A stretch of DNA of 64,000 nucleotides from Chitinophagales bacterium (GCA_019694955.1 JAIBAX010000001.1:109852-173851), one strand, 5' to 3'. Shown: positions 16,070 to 26,312, counted from the stretch's first letter. Made by a program: numbers and translations. Notes: generated by a model not told the origin, from the sequence alone.

Positions 16070-16507
16070 ATGACGTCGTTAGATCGGCATGTTCAACTCC
16101 TGAACAATGCTTATAAACAATATTTTGGTGTTTTCTTGGTGGAAGAAAAGGAAAACCTATATAAACAGTTTATGGAAGCACCATTGGTCATTGTCTCACA
16201 TGGAATAGAAGCAGATCCAATTTTTAATTTTGCCAATCTTCAAGCACAACAACTTTGGGAAATGGATTGGGAGACTTTTACAAAATTGCCTTCTCGCTTG
16301 TCAGCAGAACCAATGTTGCAGTATGAACGGCAAGTATTTCTTGAAAAAACGGCTCTAAATGGCTTTGTAGATAATTATTCAGGCATGCGCATCTCAGCGA
16401 ATGGAAAGCGTTTTGAAATCCAACAAGCAAAAATATGGAATTTGCATGATGAAGGTCAATACTATGGACAAGCCGCTACTTTCTCTTTATGGCATTTTGT
16501 AGAATAG
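16070..16507 (+). CDS. MEKHLA domain protein
   Basis: 145 aa. DPIFNFANLQAQQLWEMDWETFTKLPSRLSAEP...ISANGKRFEIQQAKIWNL matches the MEKHLA (PAS-like) pattern as I recall it. Confidence 0.65.
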   Translation: MTSLDRHVQLLNNAYKQYFGVFLVEEKENLYKQFMEAPLVIVSHGIEADPIFNFANLQAQQLWEMDWETFTKLPSRLSAEPMLQYERQVFLEKTALNGFVDNYSGMRISANGKRFEIQQAKIWNLHDEGQYYGQAATFSLWHFVE

Positions 16508-16629
16508 AAAGATTCGTAATTCAATTCCTTGTAAAGATGAATTTTGTTGAAAATTAGTAGAAACCTGTTGATTATTAATTAGCTATAGCTGATATTTAAT
16601 TCGTAATTTTATTTTTTAAAATTCGGAGT

Positions 16630-17814
16630 ATGAGTCTATTTGTTTATCCTAGCTCTATGGAGCCGATTTTTCCGGAAGGAGATATCATTGATCTGGAAAA
16701 TATAGCTATTGAAGTGTATTCAAAAAATCAAGTATTAGAGAAAATATTGGCTAGTAAAAATGGACTTGTACTAAAAAATATCATCAGGAAAATAGATGCC
16801 ATATGGTTTATGCACTACAAAGGTTTTGAAAATGAACAGTTAATAGACATTCTCTTAGGGCAATCGCATGATCAAAATATTCAAAGGTTTATGGATATTT
16901 TCATTGAAAATGCATTTGGTGTATCTCCTGAAAATATTATTGCAAGGAAGTACATACAACATTTGCACAAGAAATGGAATGAAACTATGTTTCCGGAAGA
17001 AACCAATATCCTCGAAAAACGAAAATGGGGTGCTTATAGAATTGATGAGGTTAAATTAGGGAATCATCAATGTCCCGCTGCATATTTTCTCGATGCCTTT
17101 TTAGAACATCTCGAACTAAAAATGGATACAAGCCAACCGCAGAATAAGTCACTCATCCGAAGAATCATCCAACAAGTAGCTTTTTTACAACGTTTTATGT
17201 GGATACATCCCTTTGATGACCATAATTTGGTAATGGGCTGCATATTGAGTCATCAGGGATTTCAGAAATTGTCTGTCAATAATGGCGGATGGTCTTTATC
17301 TAAAGCGGTATTCAAAAAAAAGAAAGAATGGCTGAACATGGTGCGATTGGCAGATATGGTGAAAACTACTAAGGAAGATGGTACCGGAAATCTGTCAAAT
17401 GCTGCTTTGTTGCAATATTGTAATTTCGTTTTAACGCAGTACCTTGTTGAGATAGACAATATGATACAACTTTTTTCACAGGAATCCTTGTTGGAACGAT
17501 TCCGTCAGCTCAATGATTTACTGGCAAAGAAAAAGGTCATTAGAAAAGATTCCTTCCTAATCTTGGAGGAAGTTATTTATAAAGGGTCTATACAAAAGAT
17601 GGATGTAGATAAAATCACCGGAAGAAGCGATAAAACCGCTAAAGCGATGGCGAAACATTTGGTAGATATCGGGTTATTGCACGTCGGCGATAACCATTTC
17701 GCTCCTTATACTTTTTATGCAGATATTAAGTGGATAGCATTTTTATTCCCTGAGCTATTGCCAGCAGAAATAGTGTTGGGAATACAAAAGGATATAGGTA
17801 ATATATTAATGTAA
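16630..17814 (+). CDS. Fic-fold protein with degenerate catalytic motif
   Basis: The layout resembles about-390-aa Fic proteins: YRIDEVKLG...P region, central helix FLQRFMWIHPFDDHNLVMGCIL, C-terminal wHTH-like region. The canonical HPFx(D/E)GNGR loop is replaced by HPFDDHNLV. Confidence 0.55.
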   Translation: MSLFVYPSSMEPIFPEGDIIDLENIAIEVYSKNQVLEKILASKNGLVLKNIIRKIDAIWFMHYKGFENEQLIDILLGQSHDQNIQRFMDIFIENAFGVSPENIIARKYIQHLHKKWNETMFPEETNILEKRKWGAYRIDEVKLGNHQCPAAYFLDAFLEHLELKMDTSQPQNKSLIRRIIQQVAFLQRFMWIHPFDDHNLVMGCILSHQGFQKLSVNNGGWSLSKAVFKKKKEWLNMVRLADMVKTTKEDGTGNLSNAALLQYCNFVLTQYLVEIDNMIQLFSQESLLERFRQLNDLLAKKKVIRKDSFLILEEVIYKGSIQKMDVDKITGRSDKTAKAMAKHLVDIGLLHVGDNHFAPYTFYADIKWIAFLFPELLPAEIVLGIQKDIGNILM

Positions 17815-17854
17815 ACTTGACTGCGCTGAATAATTGCTCTATAAAGCAGTTTTA

Positions 17855-18193
17855 TTATTCATTGATTAATACTCTTTTTATATCGCCTTTTTCTTTTGAG
17901 AACAGATAGAGAAGGTAGGGTGCAAAAACAATAATGCCAATAATCATGGCAAATATTCCTATAAATATTGATGAGGCTGAGAATTTATTCCGCCACATAA
18001 TCCAAAGCCCAGACAGTGTGAGGTAGCAGCTGAAATCTAGATTAAATTGTCCATTCCAATTGAAAGCAGCAATATTCGAAAGAAATATGTTGAATAAAGC
18101 GTTTCCCTCATTTGTAAACGTTATAACCGTATAAGTCAGTAATAATAGGGTTTGTGTTATCAATAATGCTTTTAAAAACGTTTTGCTTTTCAT
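17855..18193 (-). CDS. hypothetical small membrane protein
   Basis: 112 aa with 3-4 hydrophobic helices. No recognisable family. Confidence 0.5.
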   Translation of the reverse strand: MKSKTFLKALLITQTLLLLTYTVITFTNEGNALFNIFLSNIAAFNWNGQFNLDFSCYLTLSGLWIMWRNKFSASSIFIGIFAMIIGIIVFAPYLLYLFSKEKGDIKRVLINE

Positions 18194-18433
18194 TTGTCCA
18201 TCATTTTTTGTTGAAAGAAATAAGGTGTATAGTGTCTTTGTTTAAACTGAAATTAATTTTAGAAGAGAAGTATGATCCAATGGATTGTTAGAAGGCTGCT
18301 GTTTATCCACATTCCGATATATCAGAGACAGTCTACAGACTATCGTGGCTAAGGAGAAAACACAAATTATTTTTTTCATCTCATGTGTAATTTGGGTTAG
18401 AAGAAGTTTTGTCGGGAAAATAGGCGATTTACA

Positions 18434-18853
18434 TTATGATGTCGCTGGTTTCCATAATGGCCCAACAGCAATAAGTAGTACGAGGATGTTTATAAAGGCA
18501 TTTGAAGTATTCCCGGATGCAATGCTACCACAACTGTCCAAGAAAAACCACGCCAGCAATCCTGCCAGTACAGATTTTCTTACTTCTTCCGGTGCTTTGT
18601 CGTACGCCCATTTTTGAAGAAACCATATACAAATGCCCCATCCAAATAAAAAACCACCAGTAAGTGCTGATAAAAACCTTGTGGTGGGTGCTCCATAGTT
18701 TTGCAAATTATCTAAAGGTAGACTCAAAATATCTAAGGTCCAACTTGCCGGCTTTGAAGTGGATAACATACTACCTAAAAAGAAAATTGGACCAAAAGAA
18801 CCTACTACGAACGCTGTTATTTTTAGATAAGTCTTATGCAATTTTTGTGTCAT
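18434..18853 (-). CDS. hypothetical membrane protein
   Basis: About 139 aa from ATG 18853 (MTQKLHK...) with four hydrophobic segments. No family recognised. Confidence 0.5.
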   Translation of the reverse strand: MTQKLHKTYLKITAFVVGSFGPIFFLGSMLSTSKPASWTLDILSLPLDNLQNYGAPTTRFLSALTGGFLFGWGICIWFLQKWAYDKAPEEVRKSVLAGLLAWFFLDSCGSIASGNTSNAFINILVLLIAVGPLWKPATS

Positions 18854-18913
18854 AGCTATTTTTTTGCAAAGGTAACTACGCATAATACCTTATTATAGAC
18901 GTTGCCGTACAAT

Positions 18914-19495
18914 CTATTCGAAACTTTTGGCGATATTTTTTAAACCCTCGAAGTACTGCGTTAGCCACGCTTCCTGTATATTATCGATGTTGATTTGAAG
19001 AAAGAAATTTTCAAGTGCCAATTGAAACAGTCCTTCCAGTTGTTTAAAAGAGAGTGTTAGCTGAAGATCTTTTATCCAAATCTCTATGAAGGCATTGCCG
19101 ATAATCTGATTGGATTTTTGCAAGGTTGTTTTAAATGAATCAACTTGTTGGTGGATTCGTAGTTGCCTGTTGAATAGCAGGTCTATTTTATGTTCAACTA
19201 ATATATTTACTAAATCAGGGTTAATCTTCTTGGCATTTTTTTCTTTTTGAGCGATAATTTCAGATTGTTTCAAATGGTGGTTAAGCAGATATTCCATAAA
19301 AACTTCCATTTCGGCAAAATGATGGTAGAAGGATGATTTGCTGATACTAATTTTTTTTGCCAAGGTTTCAATTTTAAGTCCTTTTTCGCCTTCAATGGCA
19401 AAAATTCGATATCCTTCATTGATCCACTGCTCTTTCAAAACTATTGTTTTTTTTCTAAGGATAATTTTTTTAGACAATGTCAGTAATTGGAACAA
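18914..19495 (-). CDS. TetR/AcrR family transcriptional regulator
   Basis: N-terminal HTH EGEKGLKIETLAKKISISKSSFYHHF followed by a helical ligand-binding region. The start is uncertain: TTG at 19495 overlaps the upstream gene by 26 nt. Confidence 0.75.
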   Translation of the reverse strand: MFQLLTLSKKIILRKKTIVLKEQWINEGYRIFAIEGEKGLKIETLAKKISISKSSFYHHFAEMEVFMEYLLNHHLKQSEIIAQKEKNAKKINPDLVNILVEHKIDLLFNRQLRIHQQVDSFKTTLQKSNQIIGNAFIEIWIKDLQLTLSFKQLEGLFQLALENFFLQINIDNIQEAWLTQYFEGLKNIAKSFE

Positions 19496-19880
19496 GGCAA
19501 ATTACGTCTTTATCACCATATTGGGCATACATCTCTAAACAAAAACCATTTGGATTTAGTTGAGGGTGCTTTAAGGTTCTTTGGATACTATTTTTATCAC
19601 TTAAATAATCGTCGATACGGATAGCGGCATAATGACCCTTTTTTATGGTCATACTCGTAAGTCCATATTCAAGCGGTTCATTTTCTGCTAAAACTTCGGC
19701 ACAAGCATGATAAACAATCATTCCTTCTGCGTTAGGGTGTGAAAATCCAAAATACCGTCTTTCTACTTTATTTGTGATTTTTTCTTCTAAATCAGTGAAA
19801 ATACTAGGAATGTCATCTGGGAATTTCTTTGCGGTCAAATACATGACCTGAATATCTGAATCAAGGGTAATGAATTCCAT
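19470..19880 (-). CDS. GyrI-like small-molecule-binding domain protein
   Basis: 136 aa, size and pattern (YLTAKKF...RRYFGFSHPN...YHACAEV...IKKGHYAAIRI) are consistent with a GyrI-like/AraC effector-binding fold. It pairs with the TetR gene downstream. Confidence 0.6.
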   Translation of the reverse strand: MEFITLDSDIQVMYLTAKKFPDDIPSIFTDLEEKITNKVERRYFGFSHPNAEGMIVYHACAEVLAENEPLEYGLTSMTIKKGHYAAIRIDDYLSDKNSIQRTLKHPQLNPNGFCLEMYAQYGDKDVICLVPITDIV

Positions 19881-19890
19881 ATATTAAACA

Positions 19891-21750
19891 CTACTTATTC
19901 ATTTTTACAACAGATTTTTTTGTGCTTTCATTGCCCACACGCAATAATAACTGGTAACTTCCCGTCGCCAATTTTTCTGTTTCTTGCAACATTTCGATAT
20001 GTAAGCCTCGTTGTAACATGCCTAAGTCTTTGCTTAATACCAGTTTACCTGTTGCATCATACAATTCTATCTGTGCATTGGCAGATTTGAAAAGGTTAAA
20101 TTGTATCCCCAAATCTAAGATAAAAGGATTGGGGTAAATGCCAACAATGGTGAAGTCTTTGGGGGTTTGTTGGAAAATGGTCGTTACAGTTGTATCTAAT
20201 CCACGTGGCCATTCGGGTGCCGGAATGGCTTGCTCGCCTTCTAATACCGTTGGCGTGTTGTCGTTTTGCAGGTGATTGTCTCCGTCTTGTGTATACCAAC
20301 CTTCTTCAAATGCCTGATTATCTGTTTTATAATTTACTGGAACCGTATAAAAATTATTATTGGCACGTTCCGGTGTTAAGTCTAATATGGAATACCCTTT
20401 TTTAGATAAATCTACATATTTTATATGTGGCAATATCGACTCAATTAAATCGTAGGCAGGAGGCAGGGGAAATGGAGAAGATGGCGAAGTAACACTCGTA
20501 CTCACAAATTCTACCAAAAAGCTATTAGCACCGGTTTCGGGATCATAAAACTGTGTGCGGAAGGGTACATCCATCGCCCAAGCGGTATGGATATCACCTG
20601 TTAGCACAATGACATTGTCGATATTATTGTTTTTGAGGTGCTTGATGAGCTCATCTCTGTCAGCACTGTACCCATCCCATTGATCGTTGTTTATAGGTAC
20701 ACCGAACGGTGTAAGTTGCCCAAACATCACCTGTTGTGCAATAATCTTCCATTTTGCGGAAGAGTTGGAAAGTCCTGTTTTTAACCACTCCATTTGTTCT
20801 GCGCCAAGGATATGTCTGGAAGTATCGCTGAATTCATTGGCAAATTCCGCTTGCAAAGAGCGATCGTACAATCGGGTGTCTAATACGAAGATATCTGCTA
20901 AATCACCATAAGATATTTTTCGGAAGATTTTATCAGGTCTATTTTCTTCAGGCAACTGTATAGGTAGCCATTCCTCATATGCCTTCTGTGCAGCCGTTTT
21001 TCTATCTGACCAAAGCCCTTCGCTTGGGTCATGATTTTCTGCACCGTCACGATAAGAATTGTTAGCGCTCTCATGGTCGTCCCAAGTAGTGACAAAGGGA
21101 TACTGTTGGTGTACTTTCCTTAAATCCTCATCCAAGCGGTAGGAGTTGTACCTGAGACGGTAGTCACCCAGCTTTATGATTTCACTCTCCGGTTCTACCT
21201 GCCTTGGATTTAATGGGTCATTAGCATATTCATAAATATAATCACCCAAGTGAAGTACAGCATCGACATCATTTCTCTTGGTAATTTGTTTGTACGCATT
21301 AAAGTATCCGGCGGGATAGTTAGAACATGAAACTACTGCAAAACGAAGTTGCTGCATATTGCCTTCGGGTGTGGTTTTTGTTCTACCTGTGATAGAATTT
21401 TTGCCATACGCCGAGAACTCATAATAATACCAAGTATTAGATTCAAGATTTTCAACTTTTACCTTAGCTGTATAGTCTTTAGAACTATCTGTGGAAATCG
21501 TTCCACTTTGTAGAATATTTGTGAAAGCAGTATCTTTTGCTATTCTCCATGCTATTTCTATAGATCCTGAAGTCCTTGGTGTAATCCTTGTCCATAAGAT
21601 AACAGATGTCGCTGTTGGATCACCGGAGGCAACCCCATGATAGAATGGTTCTAACCGTTCATCCAACATGGATCTTTGCCCGAAATTATCAGGTTGAGCG
21701 AAGGAGCATATTTGTATCAATACAAAACAACATGTCAAAAGCCTTTTCAT
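19891..21750 (-). CDS. phoD: alkaline phosphatase D family protein with T9SS C-terminal domain
   Basis: Signal peptide; FYHGVASGDPTATSVILWTRI PhoD N-terminal motif; metallophosphatase motifs (HLGDYIYE, TWDDHE, LTGDIHTAWA). C-terminal IYPNPF...LYDATGK...GSYQLLL... fits the T9SS domain. Confidence 0.9.
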   Translation of the reverse strand: MKRLLTCCFVLIQICSFAQPDNFGQRSMLDERLEPFYHGVASGDPTATSVILWTRITPRTSGSIEIAWRIAKDTAFTNILQSGTISTDSSKDYTAKVKVENLESNTWYYYEFSAYGKNSITGRTKTTPEGNMQQLRFAVVSCSNYPAGYFNAYKQITKRNDVDAVLHLGDYIYEYANDPLNPRQVEPESEIIKLGDYRLRYNSYRLDEDLRKVHQQYPFVTTWDDHESANNSYRDGAENHDPSEGLWSDRKTAAQKAYEEWLPIQLPEENRPDKIFRKISYGDLADIFVLDTRLYDRSLQAEFANEFSDTSRHILGAEQMEWLKTGLSNSSAKWKIIAQQVMFGQLTPFGVPINNDQWDGYSADRDELIKHLKNNNIDNVIVLTGDIHTAWAMDVPFRTQFYDPETGANSFLVEFVSTSVTSPSSPFPLPPAYDLIESILPHIKYVDLSKKGYSILDLTPERANNNFYTVPVNYKTDNQAFEEGWYTQDGDNHLQNDNTPTVLEGEQAIPAPEWPRGLDTTVTTIFQQTPKDFTIVGIYPNPFILDLGIQFNLFKSANAQIELYDATGKLVLSKDLGMLQRGLHIEMLQETEKLATGSYQLLLRVGNESTKKSVVKMNK

Positions 21751-21857
21751 AAAATGGTATTTGACATAAAAATAAGATAATAAGATATTATTTACAATAC
21801 TTAATTTGCGAAACTGCTAAGATTCATCAAGAATCCTTTCAAACAACACACACTTCT

Positions 21858-24383
21858 CTAAAACTTCACATTCAATTTTAAATTAAACCTTCTATTGGTC
21901 AAATAATTGGGTAGTGGCCAGAGGATGTTTTGGAAATCTTTTACCCATTTATAGCTGATAGTATTTTGAACGCCCAAAAGATTATATACATCAAAACTAA
22001 GTACAATTTTATCTAAATGGCTGAAAAAGCCCGTTTGTTTAAAATTCTCCCGCTCACTATCCAATAAAATAGCGGCAAACCCAATGTCTACACGCCTATA
22101 TGCGGGCGCACGGAAAATATCTCTGTAACGATTCCGATCGGGAGGGCCAAACGGAACACCTGTTCCAAAGGTCAATCCTAAGCTCATTTTTAAAAACTCG
22201 GCTTTGGGAATATAATCTTGAAAAAACATGCTGAAGCTGAAGCGTTGGTCGGTAGGGCGGGGGATATATCCTGGTCGGATGGTGGCGCTGTCAACGATTG
22301 TCTGATCTTCTACATATGGCGTTACAACCTCGCCTTTAGAATTGTAGTATTCTTTGTAAAAATCATTTAGCAAATCTTCTTTTGTGCTCAAGTAGGAGAG
22401 GCTTACCCAAGAGTCGGTGCCTTTGACAAACTCACCAAACAACCGGAGATCCACGCCATAAGTATGTCCTTTGGCATTATTATCAGCAAAGTAGCGGATA
22501 CGGACATCCTGCAACTCGTAAGGATTGACATCTTTAAGTAATTTATAGTACAACTCAGATGTGAATTTGAAATTTCGTCCCCATCCCTGAAAATTCAAAT
22601 CACTGCCAAGAATGACATGTAATGCCTTTTGTGCCACAACTTCCGGATGTAAATTGCCGTCAAAATCTCTGATTTCTCTGTAGAACGGTGGTTGTGTGTA
22701 CCAGCCAGTTGCAATACGAAAGACGACGTCTTTTTTGGTGTTGGGTTTAAAGGAGAATTGCAACCTTGGACTGACGTTGAAGTTTTTATTATAACTCCAA
22801 TAGTTGTACCGCACACCAATAGTCATGGTAATTTTGTTAGAGTCTCCCGATAGGTCCCAAGTATCTTGTATATAACCCGAATTTCTCCAAGTATTCAAGG
22901 AATTGGTGGATTTGAGTGAGTAAGAAATATTTACTTGCTCACCATTATATGGTATTGAATATCCGGCAGAGTCTTGCCTTTGCCATTCGCTCAATTTATC
23001 GTCGATCATTTCCATTTGAAAGGAATTGCCCCAGCTTAAAAAGTGTTTGCCCAAAGAATTAAAACCTTTAAATCCTGCGTTGGCGATAATGGCTTCGAGT
23101 TTATTCCTTCCCCAATCTTGTGAAAGTCCGTAGCCAAGTACATTTTTTACCTGCCCAAAATTATCTTTGGAGAAATCTGATTCTACTTCTCCCAAGGAAT
23201 ATGCGCCAGTGATATCATAGTTTTCTTCTTCCTGTAATTTCCATGCGGATGCCAGCCACTTTATGCTAAACCGATCGGTAAGTTGATTTTTTATCGATAA
23301 ACCACCGAAGGTGTTTTTAAATAAATCGTTTTCCTTCCCATCAAAGTAAACAGTTAAGCGGATGACCTGATTCACCGCACCTGTAGTCGTGGATTGCACT
23401 TCAGGTTGAAAGTCGTATTTATTGGAAGCGTGATTGAATAGTAATTCAATTACTGTTTTTTTATTGGGACGATATAAAAGGTCGGTTTGAAAATCTAAAG
23501 CATTAGGTGTGTATTGCCCCGAAATATCCAAGTTGCCGAATAAATATTTGTTGGTTTTATAGCGAAATCCAGTTAAAAAGGCAAATTTTTGATTTTTGGT
23601 TGCACCTTCTAAATGGGCGGAAGCACCCAAAATACTTCCACTTACAGAGCCATGGAAAGACTTAGGGCGTTTGTACTGTATGTTTAGTACGGAAGAGAGT
23701 TTATCACCATAAGAAGCTTCAAAGCCTCCTGCCGAGAAAGTGATTTTTTCAACAAGGTCGGGATTGATAAAACTCAGCCCTTCTTGTTGCCCGGAAGTTT
23801 GCAGCAGCGGGCGATATATTTCAAAATCATTGACATACACTAAATTCTCATCAAAATTTCCACCACGTACAGAATATTGATTGGTTAATTCGCTGCCTTT
23901 TCTGGCAAAATTTCCGCTTAATAAATCTTCCACACTTTGATTGATAGTAGGTATCGATTCGATTTTTTTAAGGTCAATGCTAATAGTGCTGGCTTTATCA
24001 CGTACGCTTTGGTCAATGATTTCTACTTCATTTAAGATGGTAGAAGATGTTTTGAGAACTATGTTGAATGACTGACGTAACCCATCTGCTTTATAGATGA
24101 TTAATTCTCTTTTTTCGTAGCTAATTGTTTGAAAAACAAGTGTATAGCTTTCTTTTTCAGGATGAGGAATGTTTATTTCAAATAAGCCGTTTTCGTCCGT
24201 ATTTGCACCTAATAATGTGCCTTGAACTAAAATGGAGATGTATTCTATAGGTTTTTTACTTTCGTCTTTTATTGCACCAACGATACGAAGGGTGTCCGTG
24301 GATATCAATGATGGATTCCCCGACTGTCCGTGGGCGAGACCGGTGAGGAAAATAAAAATGAAAAGTCCAATAATCTTTTTCAT
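21858..24383 (-). CDS. TonB-dependent receptor with carboxypeptidase-regulatory-like N-terminal domain
   Basis: Signal peptide; N-terminal GAIKDESKKPIEYISILVQGT...TDENGLFEI (CarboxypepD_reg-like); plug region; beta-barrel ending in the terminal aromatic ...KLNVKF. Confidence 0.85.
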   Translation of the reverse strand: MKKIIGLFIFIFLTGLAHGQSGNPSLISTDTLRIVGAIKDESKKPIEYISILVQGTLLGANTDENGLFEINIPHPEKESYTLVFQTISYEKRELIIYKADGLRQSFNIVLKTSSTILNEVEIIDQSVRDKASTISIDLKKIESIPTINQSVEDLLSGNFARKGSELTNQYSVRGGNFDENLVYVNDFEIYRPLLQTSGQQEGLSFINPDLVEKITFSAGGFEASYGDKLSSVLNIQYKRPKSFHGSVSGSILGASAHLEGATKNQKFAFLTGFRYKTNKYLFGNLDISGQYTPNALDFQTDLLYRPNKKTVIELLFNHASNKYDFQPEVQSTTTGAVNQVIRLTVYFDGKENDLFKNTFGGLSIKNQLTDRFSIKWLASAWKLQEEENYDITGAYSLGEVESDFSKDNFGQVKNVLGYGLSQDWGRNKLEAIIANAGFKGFNSLGKHFLSWGNSFQMEMIDDKLSEWQRQDSAGYSIPYNGEQVNISYSLKSTNSLNTWRNSGYIQDTWDLSGDSNKITMTIGVRYNYWSYNKNFNVSPRLQFSFKPNTKKDVVFRIATGWYTQPPFYREIRDFDGNLHPEVVAQKALHVILGSDLNFQGWGRNFKFTSELYYKLLKDVNPYELQDVRIRYFADNNAKGHTYGVDLRLFGEFVKGTDSWVSLSYLSTKEDLLNDFYKEYYNSKGEVVTPYVEDQTIVDSATIRPGYIPRPTDQRFSFSMFFQDYIPKAEFLKMSLGLTFGTGVPFGPPDRNRYRDIFRAPAYRRVDIGFAAILLDSERENFKQTGFFSHLDKIVLSFDVYNLLGVQNTISYKWVKDFQNILWPLPNYLTNRRFNLKLNVKF

Positions 24384-24478
24384 AGTAGGATAACGCTTAA
24401 AGATAACGGAAATTTTTTAAATGGATGAATGGAACTGTTTTTTCTGGTATTTCCAAGGGAAAGCACCGAATGGAAAGT

Positions 24479-25141
24479 TTAAATGTTTATGTATGAAGTT
24501 CTTTTCAATGCCAGAATGGTTTCTTTCGGGTCTGAGGCACTAAACACAGTGTTTCCGGCTACCAATACATTCGCACCACAACTGCAAAGCCTTTCAGCGT
24601 TTTCAAGTGAGACGCCTCCATCTATTTCTATATAAAGGTTCGGATTTAATCTTTCGGCCATCTGTTTCAAATCGGCAATTTTTTTAAAGGTATTTTCTAT
24701 GAACTTTTGCCCGCCAAATCCCGGATTTACGGACATTAAACAGACCAACTCTATATCGGCAAGGATGTCTTCCAGTAAATGTATGGGTGTATGCGGATTT
24801 AAGGCTACTCCTGCCTTCATTCCCTGCTGGTGTATTTGTTGGACGGTACGATGCAAATGCGTAGAGGCTTCATAATGCACAGTTAGAATGTCGGCACCAA
24901 CATTTTTGAAATCAACGATATATTTTTCCGGCTCCACTATCATTAGATGTACATCGAAGACTTTCTGTGTATAGCTTCTAATGGAGCGAATGATGGGCAA
25001 ACCTAGGCTGATATTTGGAACAAATCTCCCATCCATCACGTCGATATGTACAAATTCCGCTGCGCTTTGGTCAATCATAGTAATGTCTTCACCTAATTTC
25101 GAAAAGTCAGCGGAAAGAATAGAAGGCGCAATTATTGGCAT
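24479..25141 (-). CDS. rpe: ribulose-phosphate 3-epimerase
   Basis: MPIIAPSILSADFSKLGE...HIDVMDGRFVPN...VNPGFGGQKF...DGG motifs. Confidence 0.9.
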   Translation of the reverse strand: MPIIAPSILSADFSKLGEDITMIDQSAAEFVHIDVMDGRFVPNISLGLPIIRSIRSYTQKVFDVHLMIVEPEKYIVDFKNVGADILTVHYEASTHLHRTVQQIHQQGMKAGVALNPHTPIHLLEDILADIELVCLMSVNPGFGGQKFIENTFKKIADLKQMAERLNPNLYIEIDGGVSLENAERLCSCGANVLVAGNTVFSASDPKETILALKRTSYINI

Positions 25142-25192
25142 GTTTAACTTTTTGTAAAGGTAAATGTTTGTATAAACAATGGCAAGTATCGT

Positions 25193-25510
25193 TTACTTTT
25201 TCTTGCGAAGCACCAATTCATAGCTTCTTGAAATACGTTTTTTCCATTCTTCTGTACTGAACGTCTCGTAATTCTCAATATGAATCCAATGATACCTGCC
25301 AACATATGGTGCAATGCTAATGCCCGGAATACTTGTTAAAGTATCAAATTCTTCTGTGTCAACTTTTAAGGTGATGCCATTTTGTGAATCTAAAGGTATA
25401 ACACAGAACATTTTGCCTTTGATACAAAAACATAAATCATTGCCCCATTTAATATCTTCTGTGGTATCAGGAAGCGATAAACAAAAAATTCTCAGTGTTT
25501 CTGGATTCAT
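25193..25510 (-). CDS. MmcQ/YjbR family protein
   Basis: About 105 aa from ATG 25510. The pattern LRIFCLSLPDTTEDIKWGNDLCFCIKGKMFCV is typical of YjbR/MmcQ. The start lies 1 nt after the upstream stop. Confidence 0.65.
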   Translation of the reverse strand: MNPETLRIFCLSLPDTTEDIKWGNDLCFCIKGKMFCVIPLDSQNGITLKVDTEEFDTLTSIPGISIAPYVGRYHWIHIENYETFSTEEWKKRISRSYELVLRKKK

Positions 25511-25511
25511 A

Positions 25512-26129
25512 TTAAAAGAACATGGCAATGACTTTTTGCATATTGTTTCGGATGCTCTTCCAGAAAACTTGCCCATTTTTATCGATAACGGTAAGTTTAT
25601 TTGATTGCTCTAATATTATTGCAAATTCTGATGGAAGTTTCTCTGCTACATTTTTATTATTCAATTGTAGAAATGCACTCAATTCCTGCGATGAAAGTTG
25701 GTTTCTGCGAATAATATTACCCATATATTTTAATACTTGCAAAGATGCCAAAGCCGTTAAAATCTTTAAAGAATTGAACTTAAGGTGGTACATCGTATTG
25801 ATGGTTCCATAAATTTTGGTCTGTAGATCTCCTAGCAGAAGTGCTGAAAAGTATTGAGATCGTTTTAGTAAATTGCCACCATCCGACCAAAGCATTCTAA
25901 GATCGTTCTGTTCTTTGTGGAGGGCGTCTAATGATAATTGAAATATCATTTCGGTGCCTCCCGGTTGCGAAGCTTTCTTGATTAACCCTCCTAAAATCAA
26001 GGGTAAAATCAATTCATTGGCCTTTTGTAGGTCAAGTTGATTCTCATTTATGAGTGAGGATAGTGTTTTGAAATTTATCGGGTAAATGTAGTTTCTTAGC
26101 TCTTCAGTTAAATCCAATTCTGCCCCCAT
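25512..26129 (-). CDS. hypothetical protein
   Basis: 205-aa ORF tightly coupled to the downstream gene. Helical, with no motif I can assign. Confidence 0.5.
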   Translation of the reverse strand: MGAELDLTEELRNYIYPINFKTLSSLINENQLDLQKANELILPLILGGLIKKASQPGGTEMIFQLSLDALHKEQNDLRMLWSDGGNLLKRSQYFSALLLGDLQTKIYGTINTMYHLKFNSLKILTALASLQVLKYMGNIIRRNQLSSQELSAFLQLNNKNVAEKLPSEFAIILEQSNKLTVIDKNGQVFWKSIRNNMQKVIAMFF

Positions 26130-26258
26130 GAAAACTTTTTTAGAAATTCGGGTTAAATATATGCTTTAATTTTTTAAATAAAAGCATTAAAAATCAAAAT
26201 ATTATGATTTATATTATTTTTTTCTCTTGTTTAACTGTTTTGATATATTGTAAAAATA

Positions 26259-26294
26259 AATAGACCTTATCATTTTTCAATAATAAGGTCTATT
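26259..26294 (-). terminator. hairpin terminator after rpoD
   Basis: 11-bp stem AATAGACCTTA/TAAGGTCTATT with a 14-nt loop. On the minus strand it is followed by TATTTTTA. Confidence 0.55.
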
Positions 26295-26312
26295 AACTAA
26301 TTAGTTTGATAT

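Noticed and set aside
17314-17321. A8 homopolymer in the Fic-like gene as a slipped-strand phase-variation switch
   Set aside because: The tract is short and encodes a plausible Lys run. There is no evidence of frameshifted alternative ORFs, and similar A/T runs are common in this AT-rich sequence.
18285-18617. 110-aa plus-strand ORF in and around the 18194-18433 gap
   Set aside because: It overlaps the better-supported minus-strand membrane protein gene (18434..18853). It begins with a non-ATG codon and has no recognisable motif.
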